Shown here: positions 40,101 through 53,801 of the stretch, piece by piece | How the letters are laid out: each line of letters opens with the position of its first letter | How positions within the stretch are numbered: position 1 is the stretch's first letter | DNA from: Octopus sinensis | Taxonomy: Eukaryota | Assembly: GCF_006345805.1 (NCBI RefSeq) | Contig: NC_042999.1 | Location: forward strand, 13,516,001-13,580,000 | Length of the DNA stretch: 64,000 nt | Direction: 5' to 3' | Program-made: the position numbers and the translations under genes | Notes under the pieces: generated by a model | Databases searched by the model: none | Told to the model about the DNA's origin: nothing | Seen by the model: only the letters and a program-made list of their open reading frames with translations

Positions 40101-42162
40101 ACTCACACACAATCTCATATACATAAACACTCCTATGAAAACAACATTAAATACATCGTATTAACCAGAATATCAAAAATAACAATATGACATAAGGATA
40201 AATAACATACATACTACAGTCAATTTCAAATAATGAAGTGAAATTAAATTCTTAGCCGTTAAAAAAACCAAACCAAAATTACGTTACCATAGAAATAATT
40301 ATGTAAAAAAAAGCGAGAGAGATACGCGCCATAGAAATTAAACGTCATTTAAATTATGAATGGAGAAATAGAATAAATGGAACTAAAACTATATCCACGT
40401 AGCAAACCAACACTACGTAAAAAAATTTATAATGAATGGATTCTTTAAGAAAACTACCATGAAAAACCATTATATACATTTATGAGCTTTAGCTCACCCT
40501 AGCAGCTCTAACAAACAACCTACAGCAACCCAAACCTATTCCCGATGCCTACCTCACTACCACACTAATCAATTCCCAATTCCAAACGCTAGTCCACCCC
40601 CGGCTACAATTCCAATTCCACCCATTAATCACAATTTCAACGACATTCACCTCCACAACGCTACATATATATAAGCCTCAACATATACACGGAGATACAC
40701 TTACACATCCGTGCGGATGGGTGAGAGTATACATTGAGTGTAGTGATGGGGCTCCCATTACTATACACATTTGTACCTGTGTGTAGTATTCCATGGTATA
40801 TTACGCACGGGTATAAATGCAGGGGGTACACGCGCACGTCATTTGCGTGTACCCCTCACATGTACATATGCATGCTATTTAGGCTCGATATATGCAACAA
40901 TGTTATCGCGCCCGCATACATGCATATGGGCGAATTGCACAATCAAAAAACACACGGTATGTGTGCGTTCCCTGGTTGTGCAATTCACCCATCTGGGTGT
41001 GATTGGGTGTATGTAATTTATCACTGTGGATGTCGACCTTAATACAAATTTATATAAGTGTGTATTAGGGGGTTGTACTTATTAATTGTGTGCATGTGCT
41101 TCACGCACTTGCGTCCTTTTATGGATGAATATATTGGGATTACTATGGGGTGTAAATTGGGTATGGAGGGGGAATTTTGTCATTGTATGGGTGTGGGTTT
41201 CATTTGTGATAGTGGTTAGTTGGTGATTTTTAGTATGTTCTGTATATTTGGGTTAGTTATGTATTATTCTAGTGTGTATAATTGTATACATATAATTGGT
41301 GTGAATGGGATTACGCCCATTTTTGGGGATGTATGTGTTTATTTATCCATGTGGGCGGGAGTGGCCGTTAGGTGTATGCCGAGGCTCACATGCAATTCCA
41401 GGTACATCGAATGAAGTTGGGTACCTATATTTGTTATGGGTGTGTGTACTTTATTATAACAGACAATACCCAATAAAATCTTTCAATTCAACATACCAAA
41501 TAAAAAACAAAAAAACAAGGGATCTTAAAACATTCACACATACATACAAAACTCAATAAAAACACCACTAATAACACCCATAAACATATAAATATATCCT
41601 CCAAAATATATACATTAAAAATGAACTAATTAAAACATGAAGAAATATAAATAAAGACTAACTATAATTAAAGCCTAGACAACATAACCAAAAATATATT
41701 ATCTAAACTAATTTAAACTAAACTAAAGTAACTTAAAAGGGAACTATTATTGCTATTTATCATGAAACTTATTATATAGGTAAAGTAACTTATGTCTGCA
41801 TTTATTTTGCGCTCCTCTCCAGTATTAAGTAAATTATCATACTTATAAAATAAAATTTCTTTAAACTCATTAGAGCATAAATAACAACAATTAGCTCCTA
41901 TAGTATATGATTTAGTTTTACAAATTATTTCCCAATTAAACTATAATTAATATTTAGTGATTTAAGACTCCAAATGTACTTACTAAGTCCGGTTGAGTTG
42001 ATTAAGTTTTTATTTTTAAAAGAATTCATATGTTGTGCGATTCTTAGTTTTATTTTGAGGAGGAAGTAGAACCTATATAAACCGCTTTTTTGTAATTATT
42101 ATTCTTAAAGTTATTATCATGTAATGTAACTACATTTATAAAATAGTGGTTTTGTCTCGATA

Positions 42163-42170
<8 letters not shown>
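37140..42170. repeat. Decayed, internally tandem-duplicated and partly inverted block, probably PLE-derived
   Basis: Subrepeats recur at about 1.01-kb spacing (38841/39854; 39242/40252); 41000-41450 is an inverted homologue; PLE-type tail gagacaaaaccactat at 37231 and its complement near 42143; both ends in (TA)n. Confidence 0.5.
37316..37357 (-). ncRNA. Candidate minimal hammerhead at left end of the 37.1-42.2 kb block
   Basis: CCAC-CUGAAGA-UGUC gaucaa GACA-a-GAAA-CGAUU-GUA|GUGG; stem III ACGAUUGU self-complementary with wobble. Confidence 0.6.
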
Positions 42171-42204
<34 letters not shown>

Positions 42205-42734
42205 CATACATACAGTGGAGGCACATGGCCTAGTAGTTAGAGCAGCGGACTCGCGGTTGAGGGATCGTGGGTTCGATCTCAGACTGGGGGATGTGTGTGT
42301 TTATGAGTGAGCCACGCGACTCCAGCAGAAGGTAATGGCAAAGTTCTGCTGACTCTTCGCCACAACTTTCTCTCACTCTTTTCTCTTGCATCTTGCAGCT
42401 CACCTGCGACAGACCGGCGTTCCGTCCAGGTGGGGAACCTATACGCCAAGGAAAACGGGAAACCGGCCCTATGCATAGGTGCATTCCTATTATCAGCTAC
42501 CCAAATGGATAGTATCATTCATTTCGGTGATGTCCACAACGTTAAAAATATCAACACCTAACATTTTCATCTACATTGTTAAATTATATTTTAAATCCAT
42601 TAATCTTACGTTTAGTTGCTTTACAAAACCTACCACAATGATATTCCTTCTCCAGCATAAAGATTTACAATGAATTATTCCAATTTAAACCAATTTTAAG
42701 GTTTCAGAAATCACGGTATCAAATTCATATTTTC

Positions 42735-43291
42735 TTGGGGTGTCCGGAAAGTTCATGCCGATTTACCTTTCGACTTATTTTAGAACATGGATGAGTCCAT
42801 AAAATAGGATTTGACTACACCTCCATTTAGAGCACAGTCTAAGCTATCTTTTCGTGGAAGAAGGTTTATGTTCCTATAACCTGTGTTAATTCTGTAACCC
42901 TTTAAAATGGAAGATAAGAAAATTCGTTTTCGGCACTTGATGATTTGGGAACCAGACAAAATTGCTGCAGCCTCGGCTGGGATCTGCTACCCCACGCTCT
43001 ATATTCACCAGATATTGCTCCTTCGGATTTCCACTTATTCAGGTCTCTGCAAAATAGTCTTAATGGTAAAAATTTCAATTCCTTGGATAACGTAAAAAGA
43101 TACCTTGATGAATTCTTTGCCATGAAACCACTTCAATTCTAGGAAGCGGGCATTTTCAAGTTAAAGGGAAGATGGAGATGCATTGTGCAACAAAATGGTT
43201 CATATTTGGTTGATTAAAAATGTAATGGCAAGTAGTTATTGGACCTTTTTCTTTCCTTTAAAAATCGGCACGAACTTTCCGGACAACCCAA
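42735..43291 (+). mobile_element. Internally deleted mariner (Tc1/mariner) element
   Basis: About 30-bp TIRs ttggggtgtccggaaagttcatgccgattt / aaatcggcacgaactttccggacaacccaa; MEDKKIRFRHLM joined to GWD.LPH..YSPDIAPSDFHLFRSLQN.LNGK.F. Confidence 0.92.
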
Positions 43292-43573
43292 CAATATTTT
43301 GTTAAGCACCAGATGCTATATGCGCGCGATGTTCATGCATAGATAATCACCTGTCAGTCTTGGTTTGCACACGATGAAATAAATTATGATACTGAAAATA
43401 TGAAGATAAATGTGACTAAGAGATGTTCGTAGAAAGTCTATAGGTACATCGACATTACATGTTTTCATCTAATTTTAGCCCCTCACACTCGACACACAGA
43501 CAGCAAGCAGTCTGCTACTGAAGTTTCATTAATCATTCACTCGATATATTTCAGACTTCTTGTTCCTCCTCAG

Positions 43574-43673
43574 NNNNNNNNNNNNNNNNNNNNNNNNNNN
43601 NNNNNNNNNNNNNNNNNNNNNNNNNNNNNNNNNNNNNNNNNNNNNNNNNNNNNNNNNNNNNNNNNNNNNNNNN
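43574..43673. other. Assembly gap (100 N)
   Basis: N run. Confidence 1.
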
Positions 43674-44505
43674 GAAAGTTCATGCCGATTTACCTTTCGA
43701 CTTATTTTAGAACATGGATGAGTCCATAAAATAGGATTTGACTACACCTCCATTTAGAGCACAGTCTAAGCTATCTTTTCGTGGAAGAAGGTTTATGTTC
43801 CTATAACCTGTGTTAATTCTGTAACCCTTTAAAATGGAAGATAAGAAAATTCGTTTTCGGCACTTGATGATTTGGGAACCAGACAAAAATTGCTGCAGCT
43901 CGGCTGGGATCTGCTACCCCACGCTCTATATTCACCAGATATTGCTCCTTCGGATTTCCACTTATTCAGGTCTCTGCAAAATAGTCTTAATGGTAAAAAT
44001 TTCAATTCCTTGGATAACGTAAAAAGATACCTTGATGAATTCTTTGCCATGAAACCACTTCAATTCTAGGAAGCGGGCATTTTCAAGTTAAAGGGAAGAT
44101 GGAGATGCATTGTGGCAACAAAATGGTTCATATTTGGTTGATTAAAATGTAATGGCAAGTAGTTATTGGACCTTTTTCTTTCCTTTAAAATCGGCACGAA
44201 CTTTCCGGACAAACCCAACAATATTTTGTTAAGCACCAGATGCTATATGCGCGCGAATGTTCATGCATAGATAATCACCTGTCAGTCTTGGTTGCACACG
44301 ATGAAATAATTATGATACTGAAAATATGAAGATAAATGTGACTAAGAGATGTTCGTAAAAGTCTATAGGTACCAAATCGACATTACATGTTTTCATCTAT
44401 TTTAGCCCCTCACACTCGACACACGACACAGACAGCAAGCAGTCTGCTACTGAAGTTTCATTAATCATTCACTCGATATATTTCATACTTCTTGTTCCTC
44501 CTCAG
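43674..44505 (+). other. Near-identical second copy of 42747..43573 (mariner plus flank); probable false duplication
   Basis: Differences are mostly 1-4-nt indels; includes non-TE flank; abuts the gap. Confidence 0.8.
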
Positions 44506-45059
44506 TTTCTTTTCTTTTTCTTTTTTTAGTTCTAATATCGAGTTTTGGAGAAGCGAAAAAGAAGAAATGGAGACGGTTTATATGCGTCAGTTTTCCTTTT
44601 AACCGCACCCAAACTAAAAAAGAAAACATCGATAAATGAAAGCAAAACTTTATTTTTATAATTAACTTCTTTTTACGACATTAATTTGTTTCCTGTTTAG
44701 GTGATAGTATAGGCGGCGAGCTGGCAGAAACGTTAGCACGACGGGCGAAATGCGTAGCCGTATTTCGTCTGCCGTTACGTTCTGAGTTCAAATACCGCCG
44801 AGGCCAATTTCCCTTTCATCCTTTCGGGATCGATAAATTAAGTACCAGCACCGGGGTCGATGTAATCGATTTAATCTCTTTGTCTGTCTTTGTTTGTCCC
44901 CTCTATGTTTAGTCCCTTGTGGGCAATAAAGAAATACGAAATGGAAACAAAATTGAAGGAAGACGTCAGCTCTTCAGGTGACTTATAGCTTCGTGAGTGC
45001 GTATGATGCATCCATTTCATAAGATTCTAGGAATATAGTGAGAGTTTTAAAAGAAATTA

Positions 45060-45650
45060 GCTGTTTGGCCATTGTTGGTCAGTTCAGATCATGTACTATT
45101 GCCGCAATGAAAGCGGCACCAGCTGTTTTCTTATTCTTAGGTCTACGTGTTGGGACAGAATGTTAGCAGGGCTCTTTGGTACAATGCAGTGGTGTCCAGT
45201 TCGGTGATTGGTATAGACTTCAATCTCAAAGTTGGGAGCTAGACCTTCCAAGGTCATCCATATGTATATTACTACATATTTTCGTCTCTTCTTCCTCCCC
45301 ACCCGATGTTGCGTGTTTGTGAGCAAGATATTTTTTCTAATGTAATCAGCCTCCTTCTAAGAATGTGTTCCATGATTTTGGTAACATGCGAGGTTGAAAG
45401 GTCACAGAGAGAGACCTATAGTGTTTTAACATCTGCTCTGCTTCCTCGTGCATGGATAGGGCATATCATGCCTTCTTTTAGCATTTTTTGGGGTGGCGTG
45501 CAAAGAAACTCTTAAAGAGTGCATGCAGACGTTTTGCGAGAGCTGTCCAGCATTTCTTGAAAGGAACAGCCGGAAATCTATCTGGGCCTGTGAATGACTT
45601 CGAGTTCATCTCTTCAATGGCCGACATTACATCATCTTTCTTTATGGTGA
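45060..45650 (-). mobile_element. Decayed CR1/L2-like LINE: RT N-terminus joined to C-terminal region
   Basis: Manual translation through frameshifts: GPD.FP....KKC...LA..L..LF...ICPIH..GSR....YR...TS...KIME.I; then RR.YV.IY.W..LEGL.PN. Confidence 0.7.
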
Positions 45651-46271
45651 TGTAATCTACGGCCGCCTCTTTCTCGTGTAGATCTGTCCCCGTACCTTAG
45701 CGGTTCGGCCAAAGCGACTGATAGAATTAATACTAGGCTGCTCCAGCACGGCCGCAGTCAAATTACAGAAACAAATAAAAGAAACAAAAGGAAATATACA
45801 TATATATATATGGAATCTCTCTAATGTCTTTATAGTCAATAAAAATAAAAATTTTTTAGGGAAGAAATTCAGTTTCATTTTCTTCTTCTTCATATAATTA
45901 GGTGTTTTTCTTTCTTTTCTTTAACTTTTACTTCATCAACAGAAGCTATCCAAAACAGTAACAACAAACATTACAACAAACATTCGTGAGGTTGAAAGAC
46001 TGGGATTGTTTTCCGCCTTCACAAGCTTCGCCTGACATTTTAGTCAGACCAGATAACGAAGAAGTCAGCGACTTTGTAGCTAGCGTCCTAACTCCTCCAA
46101 ACGTCTCAAATGCCAAAGGGGAGAACAAAAAAAAAAAAATCGTAAATTGCTGATCTTCTACAAAGCTTAATTGTTGCGTACAAACATTCTAACTGTTTTC
46201 TTTTTCAAAAGGTCATCCGGCTTATTGTTAAAAAAATCAACCCCATCATTGCGCACTGATAACTTTTACCT

Positions 46272-46392
<121 letters not shown>

Positions 46393-46532
46393 CTCATCTA
46401 CGATGTCACCTCCTCTTCAGAAGGTATATACCAGTCTCACGCTTTCGCCACCATCTTCTTCATCCATTTTAACTTTCGTTTCCCAAACACCAAGCGAGAG
46501 AAATTGTTTCTAATCTTTCTTCCACATAAATT

Positions 46533-47592
46533 CTTATTTCTTTACTACCCACAAGGGGCTACACACAGACGGGACAAACAAGGACAGACAAACGGATTAA
46601 GTCGATTACATCGACCCCAGTGCGTAACTGGTACTTAATTTATCGACCCCGAAAGGATGAAAGGGTAAGTCGATAAAAGGTCTCAAAGTAAACAGCAAAA
46701 ATGTTATTTTAGTTTGCAGGAACAAATGTCACGTTTCTGCTACTATCCAGGAGGTGGCTTTACTTAGAATAGTAGAACAGGATTTGGTAGGAATTCTGCA
46801 GCTTTTATTATCATAGACAGGGAGCAGTAAATATATTCCTTTCTACTCTAGGCACAAGGACCGACATTTTGGGGGAGGTGGCCAGTCGATTAGATCGACT
46901 CCAGTGCGCAACTGGTACTTAATTTATCGACCCTGGAATGATGAAAGGGAAAGTCGACCTCGGCTGAATTTGAATCGGCCTCGGCGGAATTTGGGAGCAA
47001 TAAATATATTAACAGTTGATGTAAGGGGCACAATAAATCAGGACTAAATTTTTATTGTTTTTCTTTTAATGAAATTGTACAAATAGCAATAAATTCAATC
47101 TATATCATGATTAATAACAGTGCTTTGAAAAAGAGACGTTTAACAGGGGTTGTATTTTTTATATGTATATATATTCTTATTTCTTTATTGCCCACAAGGG
47201 GCTAAACATAGAGGGGGACAAACAAGGACAAACAAAGGGATTAAGTTGATTACATAGACCCCAGTGCGTAACTGCTACTTAATTTATCGACCCCGAAAGG
47301 ATGAAAGGCAAAGTCGACCTCGGCGGAATTTGAACTCAGAACGTAGCGGCAGACGAAATACCTATTTCTTTACTACCCACAAGGGGCTAAACACAGAGAG
47401 GACAAACAAGGACAGACAAACGGATTAAGTCGATTACATCGACCCCAGTGCGTAACTGGTACTTATTTAATCGACCCCGAAAGGATGAAAGGCAAAGTCG
47501 ACCTCGGCGGAATTTGAACTCAGAACGTAACGGCAGACGAAATACCGCAAGGCATTTCGCCCGGCGTGCTAACGATTCTGCCAGCTCGCCGT
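46533..47592 (-). mobile_element. Cluster of SINE-A copies (partial 46533, variant 46838, dimer 47176..47592)
   Basis: Reverse-complement matches to family A. Confidence 0.8.
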
Positions 47593-48157
47593 CTTTGTAT
47601 GCATATATATATATGTTACCTTGTGAGATATGCTTGGATACGACTAAAATAGTATTGCTGAAAGTATGTTGTGCAGAATCTATGTTGGCAGTTGTGATGA
47701 TGAATTTTGGAAACTTTAATTCTGTTTCTTACTGGAAGTCTTTCAACTGGGCTCTTTTTTGTTTTGTTTTGTTTTGTTTTGAAGATCATATAATCCACTT
47801 TTATCATTGGTATAGGTATCCTGATAATAGACGAGTGGTCTGAAGAGATCGGGTGGGGCAGCTGCTTGTGATGTTGTTGTAGCAGTTAAATGCATGGTGC
47901 AGCAGGTGATATTAAGTGTTGTTGGCTTGATGAGGTATTTATTGTTTAGGATGTAAAGGGTGTTTAGTAGTAACAATATTGCTAGTTCTTCTGCTATCGG
48001 TGTTATTTGAAAACCAGGGCGTGTTCGGTGAAATGTAATCTTCCACAAGGATAATGTTAAACTGTTACTTTTGGACTGTATATCCTGGTAAAAACGCTGG
48101 TGAGGTTGGTAGTCATGTGTGTGTGTGTGTGTTTGTGTTTGTTTGTGTGTGTGTATA

Positions 48158-48190
<33 letters not shown>

Positions 48191-48322
48191 TCGCGCACGT
48201 TGCGAATCAAGATGCTGATTAAAATAATGTTTGGAGTATCAGTGGTACACTTCTCACAAAAGCTGAGAAAAAAAATGGTATTGAAATGTTACTGAGGTTT
48301 CTGCATGAAGAAGAACATGAAA

Positions 48323-48395
<73 letters not shown>

Positions 48396-49517
48396 GAGGG
48401 ACAACTAAAAAGAATGTTATTTGCTAAGTAGACGTCTCTGTACTTATTATTCATCAGCGTAGTGAACGCCTTTGATAGAGTTCCAAGATGGTGGTTACTA
48501 AGAAAATTACGTGCGCTTGACTTGTTTGCAAGACCTGTGCAAGTTATGTACAGGGTTGCTGTCAGCAAAATAAGGTAATAAGACACATTCAGTTTAGGGA
48601 AGAATTTAATATGGAGGCAGGAGCTTATCACAGCTCAGTTCTAACCCCTCCGTGCCTGACAAAGAAGTTCATGACCAAATGATTGTGGGAACTTCTGTAT
48701 TCTGATTAATTTTCATAGCAGAATTTGTTAAAGAATTGGAGGAGAAATTCTAATCCTAGAAGTGAAGTCTAGACTTGCGAGGCCCCAAAGTAAACACAGC
48801 AAAAACGTAATTTTAGTTTGCAGGAAAAATGTCACATTTCCGCTATTATCCAGGAGGTAGCTTTGCTCAGAATAATGGAACAGGATTTGGTAGGAATTCT
48901 GTACTCTGTACCGAATGTAAACTGCAGAAGCACAAGAGAAGCAGAAAAGTGAGTATAAGAGAAATCGGCTTTTATTATCATAAGTCGCTTTAACAAGAGT
49001 ATTTATTCATAGACGAAAATAAATAAATATATTAACAGTTGATGTAAGGGACACAGTAAATCAGGACAAATTTTTTATTTGTTTTTCTTTTATAATGAAA
49101 TTGTACAAATAGCAATAAATTTAATCTATATCATGAATAATAATAGTGCTTTGAAAAAGAAATAAACTCATATGACCGGAGACATTTACATAATTATCTA
49201 AAAACGTAAATATATCAACATTGTTTAATAACATCTTTTACGAAACTCAACCTAAATTAGATCAATAAAGGAGCCAGGTTCCTGGGGCCTCTACACATTT
49301 TGAAAGATCTTAGTGAAGATATATTGAAAAACTGTCCATTTTTTTCAAGCACAGCATCAACAAACAATGCAAATAGCACTGAAGCAAGTACATAGATCTG
49401 TTTTACTCCATGGGTGACCTAGGCTCACGATATTATTTGCTACGAATAGTCTGGACACTCATTTATTTTGACCAGACATGTAAGCCACCTCTTCCCACAC
49501 TGCCAAAAGCTGATATA

Positions 49518-49603
<86 letters not shown>

Positions 49604-49780
49604 TGGGGGTGCACAGGAGTGGATGTATACTAAGAAATTTGCTTCCCGACCACATGGTCCTGGGTTCAGACACACTGCGTGGCACCTTTGCAAGTGTCTT
49701 CTACTATGCCACAGGGCGACCAAAGCCTTGTGAGTGGATTTGGTAGAGAGAAACTGAAAGAAGCCCGACGTGTGTATATA

Positions 49781-49839
<59 letters not shown>

Positions 49840-52553
49840 TGTATGTATGTATGTATGTATGTATGTATTTGAGTCTGTGTTTGTCCCCCCCAACCATTGC
49901 TTTACAACCGATATTGGCGTGTTTACATCGCCGTAACTCAGCGGTTCGGAAAAATAAACCGATAGAAAAAGTACTAGGCTTACAAAGAATAAGTCCTGAG
50001 GTCGATTTGTTCGACTAAAGGCGGTGCTTCAGCATGGCCGCAGTCAAATAACTGAAGCAATTAAAAAAAATATATATATATATATAAAGGCTAGTAGAGT
50101 TAAAGGTTAGAATAACCGTCTAAGGGATAAAAATATCCGTATTACTACCGGTATAATTACCTGTGTTAACCCTGGGTATACATATGCAAGCATATTATAC
50201 TCATAGGATACAAGCAATGACAAAGAAAAATTTGAGTTACGGTTTGTGTTTTATGAGAGTAAAACAACTACCAGTCTTCCTCTTATCTCAACAATTCTCT
50301 TCTCTTATTTTCTGCTTAACCATCGTGTACTACTAACCATTCATCTAGACTAACCATCCAGAATAACTGTATGTGACACGTTTAACATCGCTAATCATCT
50401 TTCTTACCTCCACACCATTTATCACTCCTCGATTTTCCTGACAGTAAGGCTGAGCAAACACTTCCACCCTTTATCTTACCACTTCACCCTTATAATCATC
50501 ACTTCCTCCCTACTTATATAAGTACATATCTATATATCTTCTGATTTAAGTTAGATCTCTAACCCTCTCAGATCTGGGGATCTGTGTCTTCTAGTTTTAC
50601 CTAACACTTAAGTTCATGAACAAAAATATAAATACTTGTATATACAGCTCAAGAGTAATGATTGCAAGCAAATTAAGGACCAGAACCAACTGCATCTTCT
50701 TTTTCTACGTGTGTTGTTCATTACTCCTATTCCGGGAATCAGGCAGAGATGTCGCTTAATCTACTCCACCCACTAAAGCGGGAACGCGGCGTCACAGGGT
50801 TAATTTATCAGCCTCTGTTTTTATAGCTTCATGTCTCCACTGTGACTAACCATTATCCTTCTGAAAATGGAATAGGTTGCCAGTAAATTTCGGCAGGGCA
50901 GTCAGCATGCAAGCGTCTGCACCAGTTACACAACCATACTGGAAACAGCTGTACAGGACTACCTGCACACGTATTTTCTTTCACTTCTAAGTTTTTACTT
51001 ATGACAGCCTTGATCTGCTTACCAAACTATGTCTCATCACCATTATGGAGTTCACTTCTACCATCTCCTGGAGTTTACCTATCAACATCTAAACTATTAC
51101 GAACTTTTCACATTTTGGACTATTCCTGATTTTCTGCTATGTGTGTGTGTATTGTATGTGGAAGGCGTGTGGCTTAGTGGTTAGGGGCATTCGACTCATA
51201 ATCGTAAAGTCGTGAGTTCAATTCCCGGCGGCGCGTTGTGTCCTTGAGCAAGACACTTTATTTCACGTTGCTCCAGTTCACTCAGCTGGCAAAAATTAGC
51301 AGTACCTGTATTTGAAAGGGCAAGCATTGTCACAGTCTGTGTCACGTTGAATCTCCCCGAGAACTACGTGTTAAGGGTACACGTGTTTGTGGAGTGCTCA
51401 GCCACTTATACGTTAATTTCACGAGCAAGCTGTTCCGTTGATCGTATCAGCTGGAACCCTCGTCGTCGCAACCGACGGAGTGCTCCTTCTGTGTGTGTTG
51501 TATGAATTGGTTATACTTCTCAATACACAAAAGATTTTAACAATTTTTTTATCCAATCTAAATAATATTTAACTAGAAAAATGTAATATATATTTTTTTT
51601 TGAAGATCAAATGCCTAGGTGGGGTACATCCGAGTAAAATAGCGATCATATAGAGTCAACGGGCAAGAAATGGTCCAGGGTGTTATGTCTGGATTGTCAG
51701 CTGCTACAGGCTTGCTGTTCATTAATAGGGCGTATCTCTGGTGGTAACAATAAGATAGTTCATTCTTCCCGTTGATGGATACAACAGGCTGGTGGAGTAC
51801 GCGGAGTCTCTCACAGAGACAGACTTGGTAATTGCAAGTTCAGGGTAAGTAAGAATACATCATTTACTATTATAGAGGATGAATCCATTGAACATCTTTA
51901 TCAGATTCCTCCTGAACTTCCTCATAGCATGGCCATTCATGACTTCAGTTTGAGTGTGTATACATGTGTGCGCGTGTTTATATTGTATATACGTAAGTAT
52001 ATATAATCATATACATATGTATACGTGTACAAATGTATATGTGCACATATGTATATATATACACAAACTTTTATATATACTCTTACTCTTTACTCTTTTA
52101 CTTGTTTCAGTCATGTGACTGTGGCCATGCTGGAGCACCGCCTTTAGTCGATCAAATCGACCCCAGGACTTATTCTTTGCAAGCCTAGTACTTATTCTAT
52201 CGGTCTCTTTTTGCCGAACCGCTAAGTTACGGGGACGTAAACACCAGCATCGGTTGTAAAGCAATGTTGGGGGGGGGACACAAGCACAGACACACAAACA
52301 TATACATACACACACACACATATATATATATATATTTTTTTGTTGAAATGTAAAGATGAATTATCTTGTTACGGATTATTCAAAAGTTTAACCGATACCT
52401 GGGTAGCAAAAATCACAGCAGAAAAAACACGGTTTGAGATATGACCATATGGTGTTGCAACCGTGCGTTGGTGCGGATAATTGAAGTTTAATATAATTAG
52501 TGAATGGAAGAAATGGAGTTGAACGAAGATTGTACAGAATTCCTTTTATTACA

Positions 52554-52633
52554 TTCTACACATGTTTCAAAGGCCACAAATTTCCAAATTCTGATTAAAT
52601 AAGGATACCATATTGCAGCTTTCTCTTCAGGAA
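52554..52633 (-). ncRNA. Candidate hammerhead, left arm
   Basis: UUC-CUGAAGA-G-AAAG CUGCA...UGUGG c CUUU-GAAA-CAUGU-GUA|GAA. Confidence 0.6.
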
Positions 52634-52751
52634 AAACCAGGAATTACGTTGTCAGAACAAAACAAAACATGGGCTCTTAAGGAGCGTCCTCGTTCGAATT
52701 GCTTTGCTGCGCCTTTGTTTTGTTTTGTTCTGACAACGTAATTCCTAGTTT

Positions 52752-52831
52752 TTCCTGAAGAGAAAGCTGCAATATGGTATCCTTATTTAATCATAATTTG
52801 GAAAATTGTGGCCTTTGAAACATGTGTAGAA
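52752..52831 (+). ncRNA. Candidate hammerhead, right arm
   Basis: Core 52755-52761, GAAA 52817-52820, predicted cleavage after 52828. Confidence 0.6.
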
Positions 52832-52905
52832 TGTAATAAAAGGAATTCTGTACAATCTTCGTTCAACTCCATTTCTTCCATTCACTAATTATATATATAT
52901 TATAT

Positions 52906-52951
<46 letters not shown>

Positions 52952-53801
52952 TACGACGGGCTTCTTTCAGTTTCCGTCTACCAAATCCACTGACAAGGTT
53001 TTGGTCGGCCCGAGGCTATAGTTGAAAACACTTGCCCAAGATGCCACGCAGTGGGACTGAACCCGGAACCATATATATATAAGTTTATTGAATGTGAATA
53101 TTTATGTAGCAAGTTCCATGCCACCAAAACCTCAGGCAGTAATATTGTTCTCACTTGAAGGTGGATCGACTCAAAAAGTAAAACATCCAAAACCAATGAA
53201 ACATATATGCTCCAACACACACACACACACACACACAATCTGTATCTATGTGTGTGTGTGTCTGTCTGTCTGTATATGACTAGCAATAGTCTCTCACTAG
53301 CGTAGCCCATAATATTGTTGATGTTTAAGGATAAACCTTGCTTTAACTTGATTCGATTTACGTTATGTTATGTATCTTAATTACATAATTATAGAATTAT
53401 GTGTATTCCTAATGAAACAGATGTTGAAAATAAATTAAGATCTATCTCTGAAATGTATGGTTTTCTAAATATACATTACTCTTGAGGATAATTTTTAACC
53501 AATAATGTACACGGAAGCTTTTCTCACAGGATTTTCTACAATCTTATAACATGTTAAAAATTAACGACCTATTATTAAATGAACTCTTGATTATCATAGC
53601 TACTTTTTTGTTTAATACATTCCCTGTTAAAAGTAAACTATCACAATTAATGATAAATATATTTTTGATTCGACAATCTGTATAGGTCCCTTTAACCAGT
53701 CCGTGTATAGTGAACAAACTCAAAGAGCAAGCAATGAATATATACATACATTATATATTTAAATAAGATTTAAAAAATCGAGAGAGAATTAATAAATTAA
53801 T

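Larger units (their letters stand above)
52491..52894. mobile_element. Fold-back element with 179-bp near-perfect arms, each containing a hammerhead
   Basis: 52491..52669 is the reverse complement of 52716..52894 with few mismatches; 46-bp spacer; TA-rich flanks. Confidence 0.85.

Noticed and set aside
47743-48631. 155-aa and 125-aa minus ORFs
   Set aside because: Begin or end in microsatellites, no domain signature or splice framework
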